Program-made: the position numbers and the translations under genes | Assembly: GCA_034667005.1 (NCBI GenBank) | Contig: JAXDKU010000023.1 | Location: forward strand, 5,847-69,846 | From: Chloroflexota bacterium | GTDB taxonomy: Bacteria; Chloroflexota; Limnocylindria; Limnocylindrales; CSP1-4 | DNA length: 64,000 nt | Direction of reading: 5' to 3' | In this document: positions 19,901-28,252 of the stretch, in pieces | How the letters are laid out: the number at the start of each line of letters is the position of its first letter | Numbering within the stretch: position 1 is the stretch's first letter | Notes under the pieces: generated by a model | Told to the model about the DNA's origin: nothing | Seen by the model: the letters and a program-made list of their open reading frames with translations, nothing else | The model's database searches: none

Positions 19901-20715
19901 CGGACGTGACGTCCGCCGACGATCTCGCCCCCGCGCTGGAGGGCGCCTTGCAAACCGCCCTGGCCGCGTGGCGTTCCGATCCTGAGACGGAGGCCCCCAG
20001 CCAGGGACGGTTGACCACGCTGCGGCGCCGCTACCACGAGCTCGGCGCGAGCAACCCGTTCGCCGCCGAGGAGTACGCCGAGATCCGCGACCGGCTCGAG
20101 ACGCTGGACGCGCAGCGCAACGACCTGGAGACCGCGATTCGCAACACCCGCGAGCTGATCGGCAATCTCAACACGCTCATCGCGGAGCAGTTCCGCCGGA
20201 CCTTCTCCCAGCTGGAGGGCGCGTTCGCGCGGCGCTTCAACCAACTGTTCGACGGAGGCGAGGCGCAGCTGACGCTGACCGCGCCGGAGGACCTGTCGAC
20301 CACCGGGGTGGAGATCACGGCCCGACCGCCGGGCAAGAAGCGCCAGCCGCTTGCGATGCTGTCGGGCGGGGAACGGGCATTGACCGCCGTGGCGCTCCTG
20401 CTGGCAATGCTCGAGGTCCGCCCGGTGCCGTTCTGCGTCCTCGACGAGGTGGACGCGGCACTCGACGAGGCGAACGTTGGCCGCTTCTCCGCGGCGCTGC
20501 GCGGCCTCGCCGAGACGATCCAGTTCGTGGTCATCACGCACAACCGCGGCACGATCGAGGCTGCCGACGCCCTCTACGGTGTGACGGTCGGGGACGACGC
20601 CGTCAGCCGCGTCGTGTCGATGCGGCTGGACGGGCGGCTGCCGCGGCCCGGTCGCAACGGCCACGCGGCGGACACCGAAAATGCCGGCATCGTGGCGGTC
20701 GGCCCGGCCTCGTGA
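16897..20715 (+). CDS. smc: Chromosome partition protein Smc
   Basis: GTG at 16897 overlaps the rnc stop (GTGA) and precedes [12 protein letters not shown]. Walker [10 protein letters not shown], signature [16 protein letters not shown], Walker [11 protein letters not shown]. Very Ala/Arg/Glu-rich coiled coils. Confidence 0.92.
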   Translation: MSEARLRALRMVGFKSFAEKTVVEFGPGISAVVGPNGSGKSNLADALRWALGEQGRSLRTRRAEDLIFAGSSSRRAIGMADVTLVIDNRDRLLPVDYAEVELGRRLFRSGENEYLLNRQRIRLRDLVDLLDEANLADNAFLFIGQGMVDQALALRPEERRPLFEEAAGIRKHERRRRAAEAELAEAETNVERVRDVLAELRPQARRLSAQAEQQEQRRNAGSELAEALVAAGRARLVAAERDAERNRSATAAARTEADAALGTLRESEEAARALTRDLAERSDAERGIRSRLDAARAATLEQRLAETRIATESQGIARDRARLDGDRTTLAASVLDARRAAASPVPEVDAVAESALRDAERALEAAVAEMESVRAGDEAEEARRTRILEARRAQREELARARDRHTELARRLEEVERTAGTADAKGSEARQAADAASAQARDAASEEGRAESAAEAARAAASAAEAELADLAARHAAATADLAALDARIEGLQQLLVGAVDVEAYRSARRRGGQPIAEGLDVEPGLRLAVEAALGDALRGLAVDAAAALALRDRRATLLLPEAPGRGARSPDRDASRIAALVADAGGGPLSSAIRRDPGGHVTRLLARSLWVPDLEAALDLRSQLPPGWRLATRDGELVSDEGVVRVGPAASQLVRQDALQALQGERPRAAEGLESVATSLAAADAARAASVGVMDEARLRLDSARRARRVADEAERSAARTAESAAREGAWQTAVLERLREQVAAATADLARAEAAERASGPSSAAGAADSAVGGGARGAAKGAGFGADGGGIPETHAAELRRLEGRATETRAVRDQRAAALGEQQRRWAAADERRRRAEIGAAMDERRLAGVEAELERIAGAEADLAAQRERVASMLAAAAAEEQSLTLELETLLDAGRDQRARLASAEAAAASARERLRTAEARGRTAEVAEMEARLHVDSARESLLVELAGIGVVGLSALLVSAGGGVDAPGEAEAGADAGAGRGTGRVASGETAPFADVTSADDLAPALEGALQTALAAWRSDPETEAPSQGRLTTLRRRYHELGASNPFAAEEYAEIRDRLETLDAQRNDLETAIRNTRELIGNLNTLIAEQFRRTFSQLEGAFARRFNQLFDGGEAQLTLTAPEDLSTTGVEITARPPGKKRQPLAMLSGGERALTAVALLLAMLEVRPVPFCVLDEVDAALDEANVGRFSAALRGLAETIQFVVITHNRGTIEAADALYGVTVGDDAVSRVVSMRLDGRLPRPGRNGHAADTENAGIVAVGPAS

Positions 20716-21626
20716 CGGATCCGGGGAACGAGGACCACGCAGAAGCGGCGCTGGAGGCCGGCCTCGACCGCAGTCGGCGCGGCTTCGTGTCGCGTGTCCG
20801 TTCCATCCTCGGCCGCGGCGACGACGACGAGGCCTGGGAGGAGGTCGAGGCGACGCTGATCGGGGCCGATCTCGGCGCGGAGCTCACATTCGGCGTGGTG
20901 AAACGAGCCCGTGCTCGGCGCGACATGTCACCTGAGCTGGCACTGCGGTACGAGATGGTGGCGCTGTTCGCGACGCGCGAACCCGTCCCGTGGCCGCGCA
21001 AGCCCGCCGCGGACGTGCCGGCCGTCGTGCTCGTCGTGGGAGTCAATGGAACAGGCAAGACCACCACCATCGCCAAGCTGGCGCAGCGTTTCACCACCCG
21101 CGGCGCCAAGGTGCTGCTGGCTGCCGGGGACACCTTCCGAGCCGCGGCCATCGACCAGCTCCAGATCTGGGCCACGCGGATCGGCGTGCCCGTCATCGCG
21201 CACGCGCCCGGGGCGGATCCGTCGGCCGTCGTCTACGACGCGCTGGACGCCGCCGCCGCGCGCGGCACGGACGTGGTCATCATCGATACGGCCGGCCGGC
21301 TGCACACCAAGAGCAACCTCATGGACGAGCTGGAGAAGATCCGCCGGACGATTGCCAAGCGCCTGCCCGCGGCCCAGCCGGAGGTACTGTTCGTGCTGGA
21401 CGCCACGACCGGCCAGAACGGCCTGGCCCAGGCGAAGGCCTTCCACGAGGCGTCAGGGCTGACGGGCATCGCACTGACGAAGCTCGATTCGACGGCGAAG
21501 GGCGGCGTGGCCTTTGCGATCGAGAAGACCCTCGGCGTCCCCGTCCTGTTCGTCGGCGTCGGCGAGAAGATGGACGACCTGCTGGACTTCCACCCGAACG
21601 AATTCGTCGAGGCACTGTTCGGGTAG
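20712..21626 (+). CDS. ftsY: Signal recognition particle receptor FtsY
   Basis: [32 protein letters not shown]. Short form with no long acidic A domain. Confidence 0.93.
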   Translation: MTDPGNEDHAEAALEAGLDRSRRGFVSRVRSILGRGDDDEAWEEVEATLIGADLGAELTFGVVKRARARRDMSPELALRYEMVALFATREPVPWPRKPAADVPAVVLVVGVNGTGKTTTIAKLAQRFTTRGAKVLLAAGDTFRAAAIDQLQIWATRIGVPVIAHAPGADPSAVVYDALDAAAARGTDVVIIDTAGRLHTKSNLMDELEKIRRTIAKRLPAAQPEVLFVLDATTGQNGLAQAKAFHEASGLTGIALTKLDSTAKGGVAFAIEKTLGVPVLFVGVGEKMDDLLDFHPNEFVEALFG

Positions 21627-21641
21627 ATCGCCGGGTCGTAT

Positions 21642-21866
21642 TCAGTCCTCGGGCCAGTGGATCGGGTCCTCGCGGGCCTTGCCGCAACCGGGCCGCGCGC
21701 AGGCCGGCTGACGCACGCTCGCGGCGGCAACGGAGAACATCGCCCGCGCGTCGTTGTCGTAGGTGCCGGAGCCGAGGGCCAGGCCGGACCGAAGATCCTG
21801 CGGCTCGGCAAAGCGGTGCGGTCCGCTGGTATCGCCCTGCTTGCCCGACCGTCGTCGCGAAAACAT
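21642..21866 (-). CDS. Small hypothetical protein (74 aa)
   Basis: ATG is preceded by GAGGAGGG with a 9-nt spacer. Third codon positions are strongly G/C-rich. Sequence includes ...GTYDNDARAMF...CARPGCGKAREDPIHWPED. No family recognised. Confidence 0.4.
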   Translation of the reverse strand: MFSRRRSGKQGDTSGPHRFAEPQDLRSGLALGSGTYDNDARAMFSVAAASVRQPACARPGCGKAREDPIHWPED

Positions 21867-21951
21867 CGTCAGCGTCCCTCCTCGAGAGGGACGGTGCGCC
21901 GTCGTCCGACGCCCGTCAAGGGCGCCGAGCGGCCCGCCGACCGTCGACGGC

Positions 21952-21957
21952 TAGAAT
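21952..21957 (+). promoter_or_regulatory. Candidate -10 box (TAGAAT) for ffh
   Basis: TAGAAT lies 9 nt upstream of the ffh ATG (21967). No Shine-Dalgarno sequence is present. Confidence 0.35.
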
Positions 21958-21966
21958 CGCCGCCCC

Positions 21967-23298
21967 ATGTTCGATGCCCTCTCTGACCGACTGCGCGACG
22001 TTCTCGGCAAGCTGACCGGGCACGGCCGGATCACCGAGGCGGACGTCGAGACCGCCATGCGCGAGGTCCGCCTGGCGCTGCTCGAGGCGGACGTCAATTA
22101 CAAGGTGGTCAAGGAGTTCATCGGCCGCGTCAGGGAACGCGCCGTCGGGCACGAGATCCTCGAGTCGATCAACGCCGGCCAGCAGGTCGTCAAGATCGTC
22201 AACGACGAGCTGACGGCGATGCTGGGCGCGGGTGACCGCACGTTCCGGCTCATCGGAAGTCCGTCAGTCGTGATGCTCGTCGGGCTCCAGGGCTCGGGCA
22301 AGACCACGTCCGCGGCCAAGCTCGCCCGCCACATCGTCAAGCAGGGCCGCCAGCCGCTGCTCGTCGCTGCCGACCCGTACCGGCCGGCGGCCGTGGACCA
22401 GCTCGTCGCCCTCGGCAAGGGCCTCGACCTGCCCGTCTACCGGGCAGAGCCCGGCACGCCGGTCCAGGAGATCGTGCGCCAGGGGATCGACCAGGCAAAG
22501 AAGACGGGGCGCGACGTCGTCCTTCTCGACACTGCCGGCCGCCTCACCATCGACGAAGTGCTCATGGCGGAGATCAACCAGGTCGCGGCCGCGTTCCACC
22601 CATCCGAGACGCTGCTCGTCGTCGACGCGATGGTCGGCCAGGACGCCGTGGCCGTCGCCGAGGCGTTCCGCGACACGGTGCCGCTCACCGGCCTGGTGCT
22701 CACCAAGATCGACGGTGACGCACGCGGCGGCGCGGCGCTCAGCATCACGGCGGTCACGGGCGTGCCGGTCAAATTCCTCGGCACCGGCGAGCGCCCTGAC
22801 GCCCTCGAGGTGTTCCACCCCGACCGACTCGCCGGGCGCATCCTCGGCATGGGCGACGTGCTGACGCTCGTCGAGCGGGCACAGGAGACCTTCGATCAGA
22901 ACCAGTCCGAGGCGCTGGCCAAGAAGCTCCAGAAGAACGCCTTCACGCTCGAGGATTTCCTGGAGCAGATGCAGCAGCTCAAGAAGATGGGCCCGCTCGG
23001 CTCCCTGATCGAGATGATTCCCGGCATGGGAGGCATGGCCAAGGACGCTCAGAAGGCGGTCGACTCGGGCGAGCTGAAGCGCACGGAGGCGATCATCCAA
23101 TCCATGACTCCGGACGAGCGACGGGACCCCCACGTGCTGAACGCGTCCCGCCGCAAGCGCATCGCACGCGGATCCGGGACGTCGCTGCCCGAGGTGAACC
23201 GGCTGATCAAGCAGTTCGCGGAGATGCAGAAGCTGATGCGCCAATTCTCCGGCGGCGGGATGCGCGGGCTGCCCGGGATGCTCGGCCGGCGCCGCTGA
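21967..23298 (+). CDS. ffh: Signal recognition particle protein Ffh
   Basis: GLQGSGKTTSAAKLA, DTAGRL, TKIDGDARGG, and a Met-rich M domain (MIPGMGGM). Confidence 0.95.
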   Translation: MFDALSDRLRDVLGKLTGHGRITEADVETAMREVRLALLEADVNYKVVKEFIGRVRERAVGHEILESINAGQQVVKIVNDELTAMLGAGDRTFRLIGSPSVVMLVGLQGSGKTTSAAKLARHIVKQGRQPLLVAADPYRPAAVDQLVALGKGLDLPVYRAEPGTPVQEIVRQGIDQAKKTGRDVVLLDTAGRLTIDEVLMAEINQVAAAFHPSETLLVVDAMVGQDAVAVAEAFRDTVPLTGLVLTKIDGDARGGAALSITAVTGVPVKFLGTGERPDALEVFHPDRLAGRILGMGDVLTLVERAQETFDQNQSEALAKKLQKNAFTLEDFLEQMQQLKKMGPLGSLIEMIPGMGGMAKDAQKAVDSGELKRTEAIIQSMTPDERRDPHVLNASRRKRIARGSGTSLPEVNRLIKQFAEMQKLMRQFSGGGMRGLPGMLGRRR

Positions 23299-23383
23299 CC
23301 CCGAAGCGTCCGGCCGCAACGCGGCGGCCTCACCGATCGTCCCAGAGACGCCTCAACAGCCTTCATGGGAACATCTGTCCAGC

Positions 23384-25279
23384 ATGAGTGAACCGATGGA
23401 CCGGCGACCCGGCTTCGACGAGAGCCCCACGACACCCACCGCGTCGTACCCGGCACCGCCTCCGCCGCCGTGGAAGCCGGCCGGCATGGCCGGATCGACC
23501 GACGTGCCGTCGACGACGGGGACGCCGCCCTGGACGCCCGGGTCCCCCGCAGTGGAACCACCCAGGCGGAGCGGCCGCGCGCGCTGGATCGTGGCGCTGG
23601 CCGCCGCCGTCATCCTGGTCACGGCCGGAATCGGCATCGCGGTGTTCGCCCTTGGCGCGCGGAACACCACGCCGATCGGGCCCACCTTCCTGCCCGCCTC
23701 GACGGCCGTCTACGCGGAGGCCCGCCTCGATCTCCCCGGAACGCAGCGGGACAGCCTCGTGAAGCTGCTCTCCCATTTCCCGGGCTTTGCCGATCAGGCC
23801 GCCTTCGACCAGAAGGTCGACGAGGTGCTCGACCGCTGGGTGAGCGACGCGACCGGCGGGCTCGTCGGCTACGCACGCGACATCAAGCCCTGGTTCGGCG
23901 GCCAGGCGGCCGTCGGCCTGCTCCAGATGCCGAGCGCGGGCCCGGGCTCGTCGACGGGCGAGATGTCAGTGCCTGCCGTACACGTCGTCGCGGGCCTCAG
24001 CGTCAAGGACCGGGCGGCCCTCGACAAGCTTCTGCTGACCATCCGTGTCGCGGCCGGCGCTTCGGGCTTCCGTGAGGAGGGCTACGGCTCGTACACCCTC
24101 GTGACCGTCAGCCGCGGCGATCAGCCGGCGGGGACGTACACCGTGACCGACACGCTCATCCTCTTTGCCGCCGACGCGTCCGATCTGAAGCAGAGCCTGG
24201 ACGTGCTGGCGGGAACCTCCCCATCGCTCGGCAAGGACCCCGCCTTCGTGGCCGCCATGACGGGCCTGCCCCAGGATCGTCTGGGTGCGCTCTACACGGG
24301 CGGCGCCGTCCAGGACTTCATCCAGAACGGCCTCGGTGGCATGACCGGTGTCGGCGCAGTCACGGGCCCGATCCCTGCGATCCCCGGGCAGGCCTGCCTG
24401 TCCCCGTCGAGCGGCGACGGGACGAAGGCATCGACCGCTGCCGCCATCGTTGCCGCGGGCGACCACGTGTCCGTCGAGCTGCGCGCCACGGGTGGGTCTC
24501 GCCCCGCCACGCGGACGGCCACGGACCTTGCCGCACACATGCCGGCGGACACACAGGTCTACCTGGAAATGGCCGGCGTCGGCACCTCCATCCACGACCT
24601 CCTGTCCTGCCTTCGAACCAGCATGCCGGACGCGTTCACCAATCCCCAGGTGGCCCAGATCGAGCAGCTCCTCGGCACCAAGCTGGAGGACTACCTGAGC
24701 TTCGTCACGGACGTCGGCGTTGGCGCGTCGTTCGACGGCGCCAAGTTCCGCTGGGGCGTCACCGCCGCCGTTTCGGACGAGGCCATGGCGCAGAGCCGTG
24801 TCACCGCGCTGCTCAACTGGCTGCGTCTCGGCTCGTCCGTCGGAGGGCTTCCCGTCAACCTCGCCGAGACCCAGGTGAACGGCGTGACGGTCACGACCAT
24901 CTCGCTCTCCGATCCCAGGTTCTCGGCGCTGCCGATCGACCCATCGGTCAGCGTTGCGGCGACCGGCGGGCACCTCTACATCGGTGGAGGAGACTTCGCG
25001 GCGGCAGCGATCGGGCGAACCGCTGCCGACTCGCTGGCCGGCCAGACCCGATTCACGACGGCCGTCACCGCCGCGGGAAACGCAAGCTCCGCGATCGTTT
25101 ATGCCGACGTCGCCGCCATCCGTGAACAAATCGAGCTCTTCCTGCAGGCCAACGGCAGCGACATCTCCGACTACGCGACCAACGTGCAGCCCTACCTGGC
25201 GCCATTCGATCGCGCGATCGTGGAGACGTCCGTCGAGGGCGAGCAGACCGTCAGCCGCATCTTGGTGTTCGTCAAGTAA
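23384..25279 (+). CDS. Membrane-anchored extracytoplasmic protein of unknown function
   Basis: Pro-rich N-terminus, a single TM helix (WIVALAAAVILVTAGIGIAVFAL), and about 540 aa outside the membrane. Reminiscent of DUF3352-type proteins, but this is unverifiable here. Confidence 0.6.
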   Translation: MSEPMDRRPGFDESPTTPTASYPAPPPPPWKPAGMAGSTDVPSTTGTPPWTPGSPAVEPPRRSGRARWIVALAAAVILVTAGIGIAVFALGARNTTPIGPTFLPASTAVYAEARLDLPGTQRDSLVKLLSHFPGFADQAAFDQKVDEVLDRWVSDATGGLVGYARDIKPWFGGQAAVGLLQMPSAGPGSSTGEMSVPAVHVVAGLSVKDRAALDKLLLTIRVAAGASGFREEGYGSYTLVTVSRGDQPAGTYTVTDTLILFAADASDLKQSLDVLAGTSPSLGKDPAFVAAMTGLPQDRLGALYTGGAVQDFIQNGLGGMTGVGAVTGPIPAIPGQACLSPSSGDGTKASTAAAIVAAGDHVSVELRATGGSRPATRTATDLAAHMPADTQVYLEMAGVGTSIHDLLSCLRTSMPDAFTNPQVAQIEQLLGTKLEDYLSFVTDVGVGASFDGAKFRWGVTAAVSDEAMAQSRVTALLNWLRLGSSVGGLPVNLAETQVNGVTVTTISLSDPRFSALPIDPSVSVAATGGHLYIGGGDFAAAAIGRTAADSLAGQTRFTTAVTAAGNASSAIVYADVAAIREQIELFLQANGSDISDYATNVQPYLAPFDRAIVETSVEGEQTVSRILVFVK

Positions 25280-25368
25280 CCTATGAGGTCGCGCCACCCT
25301 GCGCGCCAGATCACCGACCAGACAAACCCCCGCACCCGCCCAAGGGTCACCAGGAGGACCATTCGCCC

Positions 25369-25623
25369 GTGGCAGTCCACATCCGCCTCGCACGCGTCGG
25401 AGCGACGAAGCAGCCCACGTACCGATTCGTCGTCGCCGACAGCCGTACGGCGCGGAACGGCCGATCGCTCGACACGCTCGGGCACTACAACCCGCGCACG
25501 GATCCGATCGAGATCCAGGTCGACGAAGAGAAGGCAGCCAACTGGCTCAGCCGGGGCGCCCAGCCCACGGCCACCGTCCAGCGCCTGTTCCGCCGCGTCG
25601 GCATCCTGCCGGAGGCCAAGTAG
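25369..25623 (+). CDS. rpsP: 30S ribosomal protein S16
   Basis: (M)AVHIRLARVGATKQPTYRFVVADSR...GHYNPR. GTG start with Shine-Dalgarno CAGGAGGA upstream. Confidence 0.94.
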   Translation: MAVHIRLARVGATKQPTYRFVVADSRTARNGRSLDTLGHYNPRTDPIEIQVDEEKAANWLSRGAQPTATVQRLFRRVGILPEAK

Positions 25624-25625
25624 GC

Positions 25626-25859
25626 ATGTCCGCATCCGAGCTGGTCGAATTCGTGGCGAAGGCCCTGGTCGACGATCCCGACGCGGTCACCGTCGACGTG
25701 CAGCGTGACGGTGGCGGGACGCTCATCGAGCTCCACGTCGCCGAGGAGGACATGGGCAAGGTGATCGGCCGCAACGGCAGTGTCGCCAAGGCGCTGCGGA
25801 CGCTCCTCAAGGTCGTGTCCACGCGAGAGGGCGAGCCGATCTCCCTGGAGATCGTCTAG
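25626..25859 (+). CDS. ylqC: KH-domain RNA-binding protein
   Basis: GKVIGRNGSVAKALRTLL (KH GxxG). Lies in the rpsP-KH-rimM context. Confidence 0.88.
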   Translation: MSASELVEFVAKALVDDPDAVTVDVQRDGGGTLIELHVAEEDMGKVIGRNGSVAKALRTLLKVVSTREGEPISLEIV

Positions 25860-25864
25860 CGAGC

Positions 25865-26584
25865 GTGCCCTCCTCAGCGGGGGACCGGCTGGTTGTCGCG
25901 CTGGTGCGCGGCGTCCATGGGCTGCGCGGCGGCCTCCGCCTGGAGGTGCTCACCGACGATCCGGCGCGCTTCGAGGTCGGGAGCCGCATGTACGCGGAAG
26001 GTTCGGACAAGCCGCTGACCGTGGCCTGGTCCCAGCTGGACGGGCCCGGCATCCTGCTCCGCTTCTCAGAGGTGCCCGACCGCTCCACGGCGGAGACTCT
26101 GCGGGACCGCTATCTGGAGGCGGCCGCTGCGCCCGAGACTTTGCCCGATGGCTCCTTCTACTGGCACGAGGTCACCGGCGTCGAGGTCTCGACGACGACC
26201 GGCGAGCCGCTGGGCAGGGTCCAGGACGTGTTCCGGGTCGGCGAGAGCGAGGTGTTCGTGGTCGGGGGCGGCCAGCGCGGCGAGCTGTATGTGCCTGCCG
26301 TCAGCGCGGTGGTCCGCGAGTTCGCGCCGCGCGACGGGCGCATCGTGGTGGATCCGGAGGCCCTCGGTCTCGACGAGGAGCCGCCGAAGCCGAAGCCAAA
26401 GGGCCGCCGCACGACGCGGGCCCTGCGCGCCGGAGCCGCCGACACGGCCCAGGTTGCCGCGCCCCCGGAGAGTGCCGAGCCCCCGGAGAGTGCCGACGCC
26501 GCCAGCAGCGGCGAGGGTGGCGGCGCTGAGACGGCAGAGCGTGCTGACGCCGCGGAAAGTTCGGAACCTGCCGAATCGTCGTGA
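25865..26584 (+). CDS. rimM: 16S rRNA processing protein RimM
   Basis: [26 protein letters not shown]. About 70 aa of Pro/Ala/Glu-rich C-terminal tail. Confidence 0.88.
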   Translation: MPSSAGDRLVVALVRGVHGLRGGLRLEVLTDDPARFEVGSRMYAEGSDKPLTVAWSQLDGPGILLRFSEVPDRSTAETLRDRYLEAAAAPETLPDGSFYWHEVTGVEVSTTTGEPLGRVQDVFRVGESEVFVVGGGQRGELYVPAVSAVVREFAPRDGRIVVDPEALGLDEEPPKPKPKGRRTTRALRAGAADTAQVAAPPESAEPPESADAASSGEGGGAETAERADAAESSEPAESS

Positions 26585-27288
26585 CGCTCCGGATCGACGT
26601 CATCACGCTGTTTCCGGCGCTCTTCCCCGGGCCGCTCGCCGAATCCATTCCCGGCCGGGCGCTGGCCAGGGGCCTCGCCGAGCTGCACGCGCACGACCTG
26701 CGGGAGTGGGGGATCGGCCGCCACCGGAGCGTTGACGACTATCCATACGGGGGCGGCGCGGGCATGGTTCTGCGCCCGGAGCCGATCGCGGACGCGCTCG
26801 ACGCCGTCGCGCCACAGGGCTCGGAGGCGACCCGAATCCTGCTGGACCCGGGCGGGCGGCGCTTCGATCAGGGCCTGGCGCGCGAGCTCGCGGGTCGGCC
26901 GCACCTGGTCTTCGTGGCGCCGAGGTATGAGGGCGTGGACGATCGGGTTCGGGGCCTCGTCGACCTGGAGGTCTCGATCGGCGACTACATCCTGTCGGGC
27001 GGAGAGCTGCCCGCGCTCGTCGTGATCGACGCGGTGCTCCGTCTCCTGCCGGGCGCCATCGACGAGGCGTCGCCGGTGGAGGAGTCCTTCTCGGAGGGGC
27101 TGCTCGAGTACCCCCAGTTCACGCGGCCGCCGGAGTTCCGTGGCGAGGGCGTTCCCGGGGTGCTGGTGAGCGGCCATCACGGCGAGGTCGCGCGCTGGCG
27201 CCGCGAGCAGGCGCTCGCGCGCACGAGGCGGGTGAGGCCCGACCTCCTCGATGCAAGCGAGGACGGCGCGCCCGGCCGGCCGGCATAG
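26581..27288 (+). CDS. trmD: tRNA (guanine37-N1)-methyltransferase
   Basis: [27 protein letters not shown] overlap with rimM. Confidence 0.94.
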   Translation: MTLRIDVITLFPALFPGPLAESIPGRALARGLAELHAHDLREWGIGRHRSVDDYPYGGGAGMVLRPEPIADALDAVAPQGSEATRILLDPGGRRFDQGLARELAGRPHLVFVAPRYEGVDDRVRGLVDLEVSIGDYILSGGELPALVVIDAVLRLLPGAIDEASPVEESFSEGLLEYPQFTRPPEFRGEGVPGVLVSGHHGEVARWRREQALARTRRVRPDLLDASEDGAPGRPA

Positions 27289-27297
27289 GACGCGGGA

Positions 27298-27420
27298 GGC
27301 CGCAAGTCGGCGGGTGGGGCCGCAGTCGGCGGCTGGGGCCGCAGTCGGCGGCTCGGGCCTGTGCGGTTGCGGCGCAATGCCGCGGCTCGGGCCGCAAGTC
27401 CGCGGCTGGGGCCGCACTGA
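27298..27420 (+). repeat. Tandem array of 19-20-nt hairpin-forming units (GGCCGCAGTCGGCGGCTGG)
   Basis: Units lie at 27298-27317, 27318-27336, 27337-27355, 27390-27409 and 27410-27420 (truncated). Each contains CCGC-n5-GCGG. A 34-nt spacer holds the hairpin GCGGC-gcaat-GCCGC. Confidence 0.8.
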
Positions 27421-27537
27421 CCTAATAGCAACCTCCGTGGCGTAAGCCTCAAGGCAGGCGCCACGTCGGGCTCATCGACGTGCGGTCTCGCGCACAACGC
27501 CATCCTCATTGGCGTTCGGTCACCCGTCGGGCGTTTC

Positions 27538-27620
27538 CTGAGGGCGAACGCCACCGGGATTCGCGTTTGGTCGGCGCCGGGCTTCCGCTGAGGGCGAACG
27601 CCACCGGGATTCGCGTTTGG
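27538..27620 (+). repeat. Direct 50-nt-period duplication (33-nt identical core)
   Basis: CTGAGGGCGAACGCCACCGGGATTCGCGTTTGG occurs at 27538-27570 and again, identical, at 27588-27620. Confidence 0.9.
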
Positions 27621-27710
27621 CCCGCGCCGGCCACTCGTCCGGCTTCGGCGCGGGGATCACTGGGAGTCCCGCGCGGCCCGCGCGGCCAAGCCTTCAAGGC
27701 GAGGTTGTCC

Positions 27711-27716
27711 TATACT
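27711..27716 (+). promoter_or_regulatory. Candidate -10 box (TATACT) for rplS
   Basis: TATACT lies 31 nt upstream of ATG 27748. Confidence 0.3.
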
Positions 27717-27747
27717 CCCGACCCCTGATCCGTCCCGGTGTGCCTCC

Positions 27748-28251
27748 ATGGGCGCGCCCCGAGCCCCAGTGAGTGTGACCGTGAGCGTTCTCGACGACAT
27801 CGTCGCCGACCAGATCCGTTCGGACCTCCCCGAGCTTGCGCCGGGCGACACCGTGAAGGTGTCCGCCAAGGTCGTCGAGGGGACCCGCGAGCGGATCCAG
27901 GTCTTCGAAGGCACGATCATGCGCCTGACCGGCGGCGGCATCACCCGCTCGCTGACCGTCCGCGCCGTCCGCAGCGGCGTCGGCGTCGAGCGCACCTTCA
28001 AGGTGAACTCGCCGCGCATCGACAAGATCGAGGTCGTGCGCCACGGTGTGGCGCGTCGCGCCAAGCTCTACTTCCTGCGCGAGCGCGTCGGCAAGGCCGC
28101 CACGCTGCGCGAGCGCCGGCCTCAGGGCGGCCATCAGGCAGCCGCCGCGAGTGGTCGCGGCGCCAAGGGCAAGGCCGGCCGCGACAGCGCGAAGGCATCC
28201 GCAAAGCCCGCCGCCGCGCCTGAGGCCAAGGAGACTGCCGAAGCCTCCTAG
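27748..28251 (+). CDS. rplS: 50S ribosomal protein L19
   Basis: [29 protein letters not shown]...[13 protein letters not shown]. In-frame GTGs at 27769, 27775 and 27781 are alternative starts. Lys/Ala-rich C-terminal tail. Confidence 0.92.
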   Translation: MGAPRAPVSVTVSVLDDIVADQIRSDLPELAPGDTVKVSAKVVEGTRERIQVFEGTIMRLTGGGITRSLTVRAVRSGVGVERTFKVNSPRIDKIEVVRHGVARRAKLYFLRERVGKAATLRERRPQGGHQAAAASGRGAKGKAGRDSAKASAKPAAAPEAKETAEAS

Positions 28252-28252
28252 A

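Noticed and set aside
27436-27465. SRP (4.5S) RNA domain-IV-like hairpin (…GCCTCAAGGCAGGCG… resembles …GCCAAGGCAG…)
   Set aside because: Only a short chance resemblance. The GGAA tetraloop and symmetric-loop context and the flanking helices are absent.
27298-27620. CRISPR array
   Set aside because: The repeat units are 19-20 nt and directly abutting, or occur as only two 33-nt copies 17 nt apart. There are no unique spacers of 25-40 nt and no cas genes.
27251-27728. ORFs inside the trmD-rplS spacer (27251-27445 +, 27480-27728 +, 27506-27697 -, 27177-27554 -)
   Set aside because: Their composition is Arg/Pro/Gly-rich. The 50-nt duplication falls in different frames in its two copies, and no Shine-Dalgarno sequence is present, so the region is treated as non-coding.
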